From NCBI RefSeq assembly GCF_008831285.2, contig NC_045138.2:20646001-20710000 (forward strand): a stretch of 64,000 nucleotides of DNA, in the 5' to 3' direction. The stretch is from Nymphaea colorata. Its lineage: Eukaryota. A program made the translations under genes and the position numbers. Below are positions 27,301 through 40,277 of the stretch, in pieces (positions within the stretch are counted from its first letter, which is position 1; each line of letters begins with the position of its first letter). The notes below the pieces were generated by a model. That model had not been told where the DNA came from. It searched no databases and saw only the letters and a program-made list of their open reading frames with translations.

Positions 27301-28999
27301 GCTTCAGGCTAGCCCAACCCCGTCTTTATCGAGTCCTTGACTGACCGAATGCCCACATTTAATCATATATGAGATTAAAAAAAAAAAAAAAAACCCTGGT
27401 GAGCCGTCACTCAAACAAGTGAACTATAGTGTTAGAGTTGACCTGGGCATCGACCCGGGTTTGGGCTGGCCGAATGTTCAAAATCTGAGCCCCAACCTCA
27501 GCCCTGTTACAATAAATTTTTGAAATATAAAATATGGTTTTTTTAATATAAAATATATTTTTAATACAATAATTTTATTTGTTATCGGGGTAGAGCAAGA
27601 GGGGGAGCCCCTGCGGCTCCCTCCTGCCGTCGTGAATGGGATCCGACCGCCGGTCAGGCAGGCGGCGCCGGTCCTGCCGGCGACAGTAGGGGGAGCTGCC
27701 AGGGCTCCCCTTTGCAGCACGTGGGATAAGGAGGGAGAGAGGAATGAGAATGTTCAAGGAGAGAGAAGTTGGGGGAGAGAGAAAAATAATGTTAAGAATC
27801 TGAACTGTTAGTTCTTAGATAGACTGTCCAGACTTGATGCCTCTAGATCTATACTACATCTAAAGTCAGGATTCATAATTTGTTGATTTTTTAATGCAAA
27901 CTTAGAAGGAGAGATCTTCTAATATCTCACAACATGTGGTTTGAGTGGCCTTGATTGGATATAGTTTAATATTACACACACACACACGTATATATATATA
28001 TATAATCACATTTCCTGAAGATGTGCCGCACGGCTTGCGTTTTAAATATGGCTGGTCTAAATGTGCAGGCTATAAAAGTACGAGCCAGGCTTTATCAAAT
28101 ACCGAAGGATTACCAACTCTCTTGACGTGAACATGAGAGTATTGAATATTGATCTTCCCCACACCGATGAGAATTTATGTGCTTCACGGTTCTTGCGAGT
28201 TGTGGACCTTTAGTTACTTAGCCTTATTACTCTTGTTTCGTGGAATGATATCTTGTTCTTCTCAACATGGGTACCAGTTCTGGTTTGAGTCTTATTGGAA
28301 ACGGTCACCACCCGTTTAAAGTTTTAAACTTTGAAATTTTATAATATTTTTTTGAATTTTCAATCTCTTATATATTCTTACTCAAACCAGGCAGACTGAG
28401 ATGTGATCCTAATCCCTTTAAATCATACTCATTCTTTGTGAAACTTTAAAAAATATGGAGTTTCAAAATGATATTGACAACACGTGGGTAATTAACGGTA
28501 GATGCATGGCTGTTGTCCGATTACTTGGTCGGATTGATCGGCCTATAAAAGGCAGGTAGTCACTATGATTCTTATAGGTTATTTTTCTAAACTAAAAACA
28601 GTTATCCATAACACTCTATTTGAGGGATGTATTAAACACTTCACCGTATGAGATTGAAAACATCATCTCTGTATCGGACTATTCAAGTTGACTTGCTCGA
28701 TTTTCACCCGATTTAAGTGAAACATTTTTGAAAATATTGGCCGATCTTGAAAAAGGAATTAGGCTGGCTTGGGCTAGCCAAGGCTAGAAAAACCCAGGGT
28801 AAGGAAGACCCAAAGATCTCGTCTGCAGCTTACGCCCGGCCTGGCCTGCTTAGTTATCGGGCTAGGCCCAACAGTCATCTTCATGCCTGTCAGGTACCTG
28901 GTTTGTTGTTCATCCTTATGGAAAACTTTTAATATTTCTTTTATTGATATCTTAAAAACATTCCGCTACTCTTAAGAGTTTCCAAGGAAGTGCTTGACG

Positions 29000-29223
29000 A
29001 AATGCCAAAAAGAACCCATCAGTAACACTCCAAGAGAGCTCACTAATACCATACCAGTTGGGAATATATATAAAATGCTAAAAAGAACCCATCAGTAACA
29101 CTCAAAGAGAGCTCACTACTAGCATAACAGTTGGGAATATATATATATATATGTGACTAAATGCCAAAAAGAACCCTAACACTCCAAGTTTTTAAGGGAG
29201 CTGACTACTAGCATAACAGTTGG

Positions 29224-29240
<17 letters not shown>
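29000..29240 (+). repeat. Tandem repeat, three ~72-85-bp units each ending in an (AT)n tract
   Basis: AAATGCYAAAAAGAACCC...AACACTC...GAGCT...CAGTTGGGA occurs three times. Confidence 0.9.
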
Positions 29241-29276
<36 letters not shown>

Positions 29277-29288
29277 AGTGAGGTTTAA

Positions 29289-29974
29289 CGCTTTGTTTGG
29301 ATGGAGGAAAAAAAAATGAAATAAAAGGGATGTGTGAAAATGAAATAAAAAAAAAAAAGAAAAATGAAATGAGAAAGAAAATGAAAGGAAAGAGGTGATT
29401 ATAAAGCTTGTTTGAATAGAAAGTAAATGATAGAATTTATATTACTTTACAATAATACTCTTAATATTCAATTATAGAGGTGTACATGAAATACAATGAA
29501 CAATGGCAACCCACTGTCCAACTGCGGCGATAATGACTCCGACATGGTCGATATGGTTTGAACGGGAAAAATTACCATCCAAGTCTCGAGCAGTGGTGGG
29601 AAGGGAAAGAAAGACACACTCGGCACCCATCGGAGTCTTGACCAGTGGCGGGGAGGGAGAGAAATAGCCACACAAGGTTAAAGGTATACATGGTAAAAAT
29701 GGATAAACTTTTAGTTTCCTTCTCCATCCCTCCAATTTTGAAGGGATTGAATTTACATTAAAGTATCATTTTCATTTCCTCCTTCTTCTTTTTCTTTCTT
29801 TGCAACCAAACAAATTTTTTACTTTTTTTTTTTCTTCTTTTTAATTAGTCAATCAAACAAAACATCGATTGTTCAATCTTTTCCTTTCCCTTCATCCAAA
29901 CAAGACTTTTAATTAGTCAATCAAACAAAACATTGATTGTTCAATCTTTTCCTTTCCCTTCATCCAAACAAGAC
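29289..29974. mobile_element. PIF/Harbinger (Tourist)-like MITE
   Basis: Ends G.TTGTTTGGATG...CATCCAAACAAGAC, flanked by TTAA. It is absent from the paralogous block near 58020, which reads GGTTTAAATGTATGCTGGGCC on the minus strand (empty site). Confidence 0.8.
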
Positions 29975-30900
29975 TTAAATCTATGTTGGGCCAAGTCGGG
30001 ATCTCTTTACCCAGCTTGGGTCAGTCCAGCCCAATGAACTTCTTTTATTGTTGTTGGCCTAGAACTCAAATAATCAGTTCAAGTTCGGTCCTGTGCCCAA
30101 CTAGTCATTGGCTATGAGGTCCGCTCACTTTTAAAAGAAAATATGTGCACCTGGTGAAGGGCAGCGAGAGAGGGAGAAGATTAAAAAAGTGAAAAAATGT
30201 CCAAGTCTGGCAGCTGGGTTCACGTATTTCTTCTTTCTCCATCTTTTCTAAATGGATTTGCATCAAAATCCCCTAGTTGTCGTTCATGGTTGTCTGAATA
30301 CTCCATGGACCGTGAGCAGAATGGGCTTGGGATTCATAACCACAGAGGTAGGCAGGAGAAATTTGGTAGCTGTGCCTTTTCCTGTGCGAGCAACGGGGCG
30401 AAGTGCTGAGCACAGAAACGATGAGCTCAAATTTCGAACTTTGTGGGGATTTCAGATTGTCTGAGATATCTGAGCATCTCGAGAGATCTGATTGTTCTTT
30501 CAAAAGCAACTCCCTCCTCGTTGCTTTCTTGTTTCACATTTTTCTTCTTTTGAGGCCATTGATGAGGTACAGAGAACGTACACTTTCGTTCGTCCAGATT
30601 TTGGCAGTTTGGATTTCGAATGTGGCTCTCAAATCTTTCAAATTGAGCCAAAGTTCCTGCCGGTGCTCTGTCTCTTGTGCCTTGTACCTTGGTCTCTACG
30701 TCACTTTAAAGTGACTGTTCATTTAAACCCTGTTGTACTGTACCACCATCTGCAAATGGATCAGAAAATAAAGGAAAAAGAAGAATCATTTGAATACCAT
30801 GCACTGGCCATAGTTTCATAAAAGAGTCTGATCAGGACTTTCGTGGTTTATGATCTTAGGCGAGACTTTTGAACAATCTAAAGATAAATTAAAATTAAGC

Positions 30901-31502
30901 AAAATTCAGTTGGTTATTCTATTGCAAAAAAATCTTGTTATATTCTAGCCCCAACAAGAGCGAGATTGGACCCCGTTATGGCATAAGAAGAAGTTCACTC
31001 AACTTAGTACACTAGCAAAAATTTCCTTCAAACAACCTATGCAGGCTAAGCGATCACAGATTCATAATTCTGACTTTGCATCAACAAAAGATGGCTTCAA
31101 GGACATGATTTCACTATGGTACCATATTCTTCCTCTGCCACTTTAAAAGCATTTCACGTGGAGAATTTTATACATGCAATATGGCCTATAGAGGGTTCCA
31201 ATAAAAGAATCGCCACCCAGATTGATTTATCCGATGCTGCTAAATTGAACCTTGTAATTAGTAGCAACTGGCATGCAATAAAGAAATGCAAACACCCCCC
31301 CCAACCCCACAAAAAAAGAAGAAAAGAAAATAAATATAAATTGCTTCCTCGTGTAGGTGTGCACCTTGCAGCACCCATTAAACAGAACATATAAAATGAA
31401 CTGCACCATGATCGCCATAACACAAGAATCAAATTCCCCAAATAACACTCTTTGAGACAAAAACAAACTTGAGTTCTCTATGTGACTATGTCATGCTGAT
31501 GA
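30901..31502 (+). repeat. Duplicated block B, direct copy at ~54101-54503
   Basis: CAGTTGGTTATTCTATTGCAAAAAAATCTTGTTAT ... GAGTTCTCTATGTGACTATGTCATGCTGATGA is shared in the same orientation; the right copy has two internal deletions. Confidence 0.93.
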
Positions 31503-33023
31503 GTTCTCACCGACCGGGCCCCACACTTGTTGCATCGCCGATGATCCTCCATCTCTTCAGTGATCGGGGGCAACACACAGAAACTCCTTAGCGACCGTTC
31601 CTTCGAAGAGAAGCAACACTAGTTGCAGGGACGACTCCACTTTAATCCCCAATCCATCAATGCAAAGAACGAACCTGTGGAATCGAACGTCAAGGTATGG
31701 CTGCCATTTAAGCAAGGAAGAGGGGACAAAAGTGTAGAGACCAGAGACCATGAAGGGAAGAATAATAGGGGGTATTTAACAACTTGGAGTCTCCCCATGA
31801 GATGAAAATTCCAGGTTCCAGATCCCCGAATTCTTCGATCGCCTCAAATTTTGACTCTAAAAGAAAAGAGCTACGCTATGAAAGAAGCGGTAAAGTTTTG
31901 GAATTATAAATACTACCGTTAGATTTCTACTTGCAGGAATTGTTTCAAAACCACTACAGCGTTATGTGCGTGAACCCGTCATCCCTTTTCGTTCCTGCGG
32001 ATGCACATAAATTTGAAACGCAGAGTGATAAAAGTGATAGCATTACTTAATAGCATAATCTAAATATAACCAAACTCATATGACAAAAACCATGAACAGG
32101 TGACATACATAAGATTGCATTTTCATCCTGCCACTAACAATCACCAGCCCTTGATCTCCATGCCTTAGTGTATAATTAGTTATCTAAATTGCTACCTCCC
32201 TGTGGTGGGAGCCATGAGGAAAATCCTCCTGCCAAGAACACAACAACATAGATGAAGTTAGAAACTGAACATGGCATTTAATGTCAGTGTGGAAGCTGTT
32301 ACATAAACAGCATCTATGCATATTGACTACATCTCTGCTTCCATTTCAGTATCAGAAATTCCACAGTGAGTGGTCGTTGAGGTTTCAACTCTTATGTTGT
32401 GTCTTTTAGCTTTGCGGAAGTAATTAAACAGTGAGAAATTGCCAAAGTAAACACAAAGCGGCATCAGCAAACTTGCTTATAAGCACGTGCTCGCTTAACC
32501 GCATCGGCTCATGAACGTTACAGAATGGGGACCCAAAAAAATTAACAGAAGAATGATGTCGTCTCTAAATAAAGGCATACAAGAAAGTAGAAACTAATAA
32601 ACTCAACGATTCATACTGCAATTACAAAACCAATAAACAACGTTCGTGATCTTCTAGAACTCAACGATTACCAATTCATGCTAGCAATTCAATTATCAAG
32701 TATAAACATCATCATCAGGTCGGAAGAATCGCGAACGCTTAGAATAAAACGAGCAAGAACACTAAGAATACACAAAGAATCTCACGGAGGGGACTAGAAA
32801 TTAATATCCCACCTGAATCTTCGCATCGTAGGTAGCAACGAACTTCCTTCCTACGTCGCCATTCAGGTCAGTCACGATCGGCGGAGGTAGTCGCTCCGAT
32901 TCATACTTGATTGGGTAGTCATCGGCAGACGGTACCATGCTTCTCTGAACGAAACATTGCCCTCGTGCTATAAATTTCAAAAAAGCTTATAGTCTCAGCA
33001 ACTCTCAATTGTACACAGAAAAC

Positions 33024-33321
33024 TGTTACGACCTTAACCGAAGGTCTCTATCGTGGCATCATGGCAAGAGTTAGTAGGCGTCATGGTCTTAGAGTCAAGT
33101 TGATTATAGTTATTCCAAGAAGTGAGTTGTTCCACATTTTTAGCGTGAGTTATCCCTGTTAGTGGGTCTGCCATGATCCATGTTTTGAGGCTTCCACTTC
33201 TGCTAGAGAAGTTATAAGGCCCTTAGTTGTTAATGAAATGATATGCTTTTTATCTCAATTCTTCCTCTCCTCCTCCGCTCTCTCTCTTCCTCAAGACTCT
33301 GTTTACGACTAGACTGTAACA
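33024..33321 (+). repeat. 5' LTR of the chromovirus
   Basis: TGTTACGACC...CTGTAACA, followed by the PBS. Confidence 0.95.
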
Positions 33322-33340
33322 ATGGTATCAGAGACAACAC

Positions 33341-36300
33341 GATGGCTATACACTCCAAAGTCACAGACAGCAAATCGTCAGATGAACTTGTCCAAAAGCT
33401 GGAGTCCTCCATGGCTGACTTCCACCAAGAAGTCAATCTTCGCCTTCAGGAATCTTGGCAGCGAATGGAACAATATTTTCAACATGCCGACCAAAGGTTC
33501 ACCGAGTTACAAGAAACAATTGCTTCCGGTCCTACTGCTGGTAAGGACTCTCTCTGATAATAGGGGGCTTTTAGGTGCCCCACCTCCCAACCACACCACG
33601 ACGGTGGCAACAACTTCCATCGCTGCGGCATCCTCTGCTCTGTCCACCACAGCACAGACCACCATACCAACTATGGTCCCGCGTTCAGGTGATATCCCAT
33701 TACGCCTCAATTTTCCAGAGTTCACTCCTACTAATCCCCGGTATTGGATTCGTAAATGTGAGCAATACTTTGACGTTAATGACATTGATGAACACCACAA
33801 AGTAAAGCTAGCCGGACTCCATCTCAACAAAGAAGGCGACACTTGGCTATACAATGAACTGCTCCAACACAATGACCTCACCTAGGCTCAATTCGTGGAT
33901 ATATTGTGAGAACGATTTGGCGTTCAAGATACTGACAGCGTGATTGTCGAATTCAACCACCTCAAACAAACAGGAACTGTCGCGGATTACATCAAGCGAT
34001 TCGAGGACTTAAAAGGACATGTGTTACGTGAAAGCGTCACCCTCTCCGATAAATACTTCATTTCCTGTTTTATTAGGAGACTAACCGACCCGCTTCAGTC
34101 CCTCGTCCGGGCTCACACCCCCCTCACGATTCGGGAGGCCATGGCAAATGCCAAGTTTCACGAAGCTGCCTTAAAGTCAATTGCAAAGCACCAACCATTT
34201 CGTAGCCCGCCGCCGGCCCAATTTAATTCCAGAGGAATGAAACCCCCATGGGAACCACAGCCAGTCAAGAAGGATCCCACATGCTACTGCTGCGGCGCCC
34301 ACTGGTTTCGAGGACACTCTTGCAGACCCCGTCCAACTAGTGAAGCTCATGTCTTGGACGAAACCAGTTCTGATGGTGGCAAAGTCGGGGACGACAACCA
34401 AGTCCCAGCCCAGGATGAGCAACTTGTGGAACTCTCCATGCACACCATTAATGGGAGTACCAGTAGTGGCACCCTCAAATTGAGAGGGCACATCCGTCAC
34501 AAGCCGGCCTTAATTCTATTAGATACAAGGAGTACCGCAACTTTTATTAATTCCAAGTTGGTTGATGCTCTTCACTTAGATGTCTTGGACTGTCCGGAAA
34601 TGACCATTGCACTAACCAATGGCACCAGAGTCGTGTGTTCCAAAACTTGTCCTAACTTGAGCTGGGAGATGTGTGGCAGTCACTTCCGATATGATTTTCG
34701 CATTCTCGATCTTGGGACTTACGACATTGTCCTTGGTACTGACTGGATGCAGGAGGTGAACCCTATAACTTTCGATTTTGTACAATCCCAGGCAACCATT
34801 AAGAAGAACGGAAATGAGGTCATTCTTAAGGGCCATCGTGGTGACTAGAAACAATTGGAGGAGCTAAGCTGTCTGATAGCTGGTTGTCCTCCCAAAAACA
34901 TCAACATCCAGCATGTCGAGCACGTGGCCTGGGTATTCGAGGTGGACGACAGCAACACGTTGGCAACACTTCCAAAGTCGACTTCAATTGAAGTTGATAC
35001 TTGCGGAGGATCAGATCTCCCCATGGAATTCCGAGAAAGGCTGCATCTCTTGCTCCACTCCTTCGCCAACATGTTTGAAGAGCCCCATCAACTCCCACCT
35101 CAGCGTTCTCATGACCATGGGATCACACTAGTTACAGGGACCTCACCAGTAGCCGTCCGCCCATATCGCTACCCCTACCACCAAAAACGGGAAATAGAGG
35201 TCCAAGTGCAACACCTCTTGGATGTTGGGTTTATCTGTCACAATCATAGTCCCTTTGCCTCGCCCGTCTTGCTCGTTAAAAAGAAGGATGGTAGCTGGCG
35301 AATGTGTGTGGATTACCGTCAACTCAACTACCAGATGATCAAAGATCGATATCCAATTCCCGTCATAGACGACCTTCTTGATGAACTACATGGCGCAAAG
35401 GTATTTTCTAAGCTCGACTTACGGGCTGGGTACCACCAAATTCGTATGAAGGAGGAGGACGTTCCGAAGACGGAATTCCGGACACACCAAGGCCATTACG
35501 AGTTTTAGGTGCTACCTTTTGGTCTTACTAATGCCCCAGCCACCTTTCAGTCCTTAATGAATCAGGTTTTGGCTCCATTCTTACGTCAATTTGTTCTGGT
35601 ATTTTTTGACGACATATTAATCTACAACAACGAGTTGGCCTTGCACATTGAGCACCTTTCGATGGTGCTAGAGCTACTACGGCGTGAACAATTCTACCTC
35701 AAGTTATCCAAATGCGAATTTGACATGGCTCAAATCGATTACCTGGGACACGTCATATCGGGGGAAGGAGTCAGCACCAACCCAAAGAAAGTTGAGGCCA
35801 TGATCAGTTGGCCTACACCCAAAACGGTAAGAGAATTGTGGGGCTTCCTCTGCTTAACCGGTTACTACCGAAAGTTCATACGGAATTATGGCGTGGTGGC
35901 GCAACCCCTGACCCAACTCCTCAAAAAGGATGCCTTTTGCTGGTCTCCAGACGCGGATGAGGTTTTCACAAATCTAAAGCACCTCCTATCAACCTCTCCC
36001 ATCCTTGCTTACCTAGACTTTAATAGTGAATTTGTGTTGGAGACAAATGCATCAGAGCGGGGCATCGGGGTGGTCTTAACTCAAAACGAGCATCCAATCG
36101 CATACATGAGCGAAGCATTAGGCCCTCGTAATGCCGGCTTAACCACCTATGAAAAGGAGTTGATGGCCGTCCTCTCCGCAGTGACGCGTTGGCAACATTA
36201 TTTGAAAGGAGCCCACTTCATGATCAAGACGGACCATCACAGTTTACAATTCCTCTTGGATCAGAAGGTTCATACAAACTTGCAACGAAAGAGTGTCTCT

Positions 36301-37917
36301 CGCTTGATGGGGTTGAATTTCTCTATCGCATATCGAAAGGGCTTCGACAACAAGGCAGCCGATGCTCTATCGCGCTTCACGAAGGTAACCAAGGCTGAAA
36401 TTCCAACTACAAACGAGGTGCGCGCTATTTCATCAGTCATTCCAGCCTGGAAAGCTTCGATTGAGAAAAGTTATCTTGGAGATACCAAGACAACTCAAAT
36501 CAAGGAGGAATTATTAATTACCCCCGATGGCAGACCAAATTTCAAGCTGCAACAAGGTCTGTTGAGGTACAAGAGCTGTTTTTATATAGGTTGTTCTGGA
36601 AATCTTCGTCACGAGATCATTCAGCAATTACACTACGCGGCAGTCGGAGGGCACTCAGGTAGGTTAGCAACTTACAAACAAATCAAAAGGCATTTTTATT
36701 GGCCTGGCCTCAAGAAGGAAGTTAGGCATTGCTAACTGTGACACATGTCAACGATGCAAATCAGAAAACGTTGCTAACCCCAGTTTACTTCAGCCCCCAC
36801 CAATTTCAACAGGCAATTGGAAGGATATTGCACTTGATTTCATTGAAGGATTGCCAAAATCGCATGGCAAGGATGTGATATTAGTGGTAGTGGATCGATT
36901 CTCTAAATACGGCCACTTCATTGCCGTGGCGCATCCGTTCACTGCCATTCAAGTGGCAAAAGCTCTCTTCGACAACGTGTTCAAACACCATGGCTTTCCC
37001 GAAACAATAGTCTCAGACCGAGACAAGTTCTTCACCAGCAATATGTGGCGTGAGCTCTTCAAAACTTTTGGCACCCAGCTGGCCCTTAGCTCAACATACC
37101 ATCCCCAATCCGATGGCCAAACAGAAAGACTCAATCAATGCCTCGAACATTATCTAAGAGCGATGTGTTTCAATCGTCAATCGACCTGGCACTTGGAGCA
37201 TTTGGTTATCACTAGCTGAATTCTGGTACAATAGTTCCTACCACACTGCCATCAAGAGCTCACCATTCGAGGTGGTTTATGGTTACTCACCACCTCCCAT
37301 TCTCGGAATTCGAGACGAACAGCCTTCGGTGGCCGTGGTTGCAGATTATACCACCAAACATGCTCAAACGGTGCGTTTATTATCTAAATCTCTCGCTCAA
37401 GCCCAGAATCGCATGAAGATTCAAGCTGAACGAAGTGAGAGGGAGTTCGCTGTAGGAGATTGGGTGTTCTTAAAGCTCCAACCTTACAGGCAAAGCTCAC
37501 TGGCAATCCGTACCAACCTCAAGCTTGCAGCCAAATATTATGGACCCTTCTGTGTCCTAGGTAGGATAGGATCGGTGGCTTACAAACTTGATCTACTTCC
37601 GTCCTGTGCAATTCACCCAGTTTTTCATGTGTCCTTACTTAAGCTATGAGTTGGAGAAGGGCAGGTACCGATCACTACATCACTTGTCACTGATAAGGAT
37701 GGTCTAATCCGATCAGAACTAGAGGCAATATTGGTTCGCCGTTTGGTGAAGCGTAACAATGCGGCAGTGGGCCAAGTACTTGTCAAATGGGCCAACTTAC
37801 ATGATGATGAGGCGACATGGGAGGATTATAATGCAATTAAGGCTCAATTCCCCATCATATCAGAAATGAATCACACTGCTATTCTTGAGGACAATAACAG
37901 TTCCAAGGGAGGTCGAG
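33341..37917 (+). pseudogene. Disrupted gypsy gag-pol polyprotein with C-terminal chromodomain
   Basis: Fragmented ORFs with stops at ~33555, 33883, 34846, 35506, 36733, 37217 and 37647, plus frameshifts. Confidence 0.93.
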
Positions 37918-38182
37918 TGTCACGACCTTAACCGAAGGTCTCTATCGTGGCATCATGGCAACAAGGCGTCATGGTCTTAGTTAGTGTTCAGTCTGTTAGT
38001 GGGTCTGCCACGATCCATGTTTTGAGGCCTCCACTTCTGCTAGAGAAGTTATAAGGCCCTTAGTTGTTAATGGAATGATATGCTTTTTATCTCAATTCTT
38101 CCTCTCCTCTTCCGTCTCCTCCCTCCTACTCTGCTCTCTCTCTTCCTCAAGACTCTGTTTACAACCAGACCAGACTGTAACA
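37918..38182 (+). repeat. 3' LTR of the chromovirus
   Basis: TGTCACGACC...CTGTAACA, followed by TSD AAAAC. Confidence 0.95.
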
Positions 38183-39859
38183 AAAACCCCATTATAGAAA
38201 AATTGATCAGCAAACGATAATAGGGGAGGGAGAGAGAGAGGAAAAGACCTGGATGGAGTAGAAGATGGCGATGGCGGATAGCAGGAGGATACCCAAATCT
38301 CTGGGTTGTCAGCGAGAGAGACAACGAGGGGATTGAGGCAGCAACAGGGTGAGGAGAGAGACAGAGAGAAAAAAGATTAGTTACACAGGAGGAGAGTGAG
38401 GGCGAGAGGGACGACTGATGCGTCTGATCTGAGGCAGCAGCAATGGTTTCCCGAATAGTCTTCAACGTCACAAAAGATTTTTCTACGTCTAATGAAACGT
38501 GCCCTTAGGTATATATATCAGACCTTAATGAGCCGAAAAGACAATATTTTGCATTAAGACCCTTGCAAGAGCTGTTCTTATGCACACATTTTCTTAACTC
38601 TTATTGGGCTTTGTATTTTTAAATATTTCATATTTATTCATACGGTTGGATTTATGACAAATTAATAACAAAAAGACCATCCAACACAACAATGAAATGA
38701 ATATATATATATATATATATATTGAATGGTAACTATGCTTTTTAAGAGTTACCCTGCCACCTAATTAAAATTGTTAAATCGATTATGTCGAGAGAAAAAC
38801 TATAAGAAAAAAAGTGATGGGCATTTTGGTTATTTAATATTACATAGTACATTTTTATCCTTGTTATATATATATATAAAGAGAGCATAAATCGATGTTA
38901 AAGAGCATCGTTTCCGAATAACTAAAATCTAAACATTTGTTGCTAAAAAGAGCATAAATCGATGTTAAAGCTATTATAAACGGTCGATGTATCATAAGCC
39001 TCGGCCAATGCCAATTTGTAGACTGTTCTTTAGCGATAAATTCTTAAATTTTATATATATATATATATATACACACACTAAAACCCCTCTCAAAATTTAG
39101 ACATTATGATTCCGGCTAATGCGTATAGACATAAACTGTCGAATAAGAGCAAGAACATTTGGAGCATTTCATTTAATTTCCTCAAATGCCTCTCTCAACA
39201 GCGCATATATAGGTTTTCTTTTGCATGATGAAGAAGTGCTTCCGAGCATTACCCTTTCCACAAGTGGGGACTCAACCAACCTCTGGTGTTATTCTGGAGG
39301 AGCAGCAGCAGGAAAAGCATTTTTTTTCTCTCTCTAATCCTTGCAGAGCGAATGACTGATCAACTCTACTCGTTTCAGCGCGTTCTCCCAACCATAGACT
39401 CCACGCATTTTGCAATTATACTGGGGGTATTACAGCACCATTTTGGACGTGTGCTGCATAACAGAGATGATTTTCCTGCTTAATTTCCTTAATTTCTTTG
39501 CTGTTTTAAAGAGTAATCTTTAAATTAGGTCGCCTTATTTGTCAGGAGAAAGATACGACTGAAGCGGAGGCAGGGTTCGGCTGGTCCCCTCATATACAGA
39601 GGAGAATTCATCAATGGTGCTCCTGAAAGGCAACGGCAGCTGCCATCGACGGCGATATGGGACCAAATAGAAGGTAGGGATAGTAATCTTTTTCAGGTCA
39701 CACAGAGAGCTGTTGTACTTGTACCACCCCATGAATTGGTTCTTTCTTTACAGACAAGTCACAAACAGCGAGAGTGAGAAAATTTAAAGATCTAAAGCCA
39801 CATTGGACCAAAGATCATCAGATGCCTTTTTACAGATTTTCAAATGTGTCCCCCGGACA

Positions 39860-40277
39860 ACAATAAAGCCATACCAAATCCCATCATGGATTTAATATTC
39901 TTTTCTTCCAATGACACCCAAGAAAAAAACAGAAACGGAAGAAAGACACCCAATAATTTGCTTAATCAGCCAGTACAAGAATGCCAAATGTCATCCATAA
40001 TTTATGTTTTAAGTCATTTTAAATATTTGAAAGTTTCTAATTAATTTTAATTATTCAATGTAATTTTTATTCTTAAGAAATATATAATAGCAGATTTTGC
40101 AGCTGTTTGCTACAATAAAAGGTTCCAAAAACAATAGGTAAAGTGAACTGTTTGCTACAAAGGCAGCATCGTCATATACAGTGGCAACTATTTTCTAAAC
40201 GATCTGCACTGTAGGTTGTCCCAAGAGTTTTAAATGAATAAAATGAGCAAGAAACAAAGTAAAAGGCAAAGGAGCGC
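39860..40277 (+). repeat. Duplicated block C, inverted copy at ~54727-55158
   Basis: Reverse-complement match; both copies give the ORF start MNKMSKKQSKRQRSA on opposite strands. Confidence 0.93.

Larger units (their letters stand above)
28672..30854 (+). repeat. Duplicated block A, inverted copy at ~57601-58561
   Basis: For example GTCATCTTCATGCCTGTC(A/G)GGTACCTGGTTTGTTGT and GATTTCAGATTGTCTGAGATATCTGAGCATCTCGAGAGATCTGATTGT occur as reverse complements at ~58220-58255 and ~57695-57745. Diverged, with large indels. Confidence 0.9.
33024..38182 (+). mobile_element. Full-length Ty3/gypsy chromovirus (Reina-like), 5159 bp, decayed
   Basis: LTRs at 33024-33321 and 37918-38182 (TGT...ACA), TSD AAAAC on both sides, PBS TGGTATCAGAG at 33323-33333 (initiator Met tRNA), purine-rich tract before the 3' LTR. 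Domain order is gag, protease (LLDTRST), RT (FFDDIL), RNase H, integrase (GPF motif), chromodomain (VLVKWANLHDDEATWE). Confidence 0.97.
32109..38302 (-). pseudogene. NERD1-like (FG-GAP repeat protein, At3g51050-like) pseudogene, 5' exons only
   Basis: Exon remnants with splice sites: 38249-38302 RDLGILLLSAIAIFYSIQ (ATG lost); 32813-32967 HEGNVSFREAWYRL/DDYPIKYESERLPPPIVTDLNGD..VATYDAKIQ (frameshifted); 32109-32228 EDFPHGSHHREVAI*ITNYTLRHGDQGLVIVSGRMKMQ (internal stop). These match the N-terminus of NERD1 as remembered. Confidence 0.85.

Noticed and set aside
29000..29240. Regularly spaced repeats resembling a CRISPR array
   Set aside because: Eukaryotic context, whole units are repeated with no unique spacers, and there are no cas genes.
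31655..31685. Minus-strand TTCCACAGG..., loosely like miR396
   Set aside because: The match ends after about 9 nt and no complementary star arm is visible.
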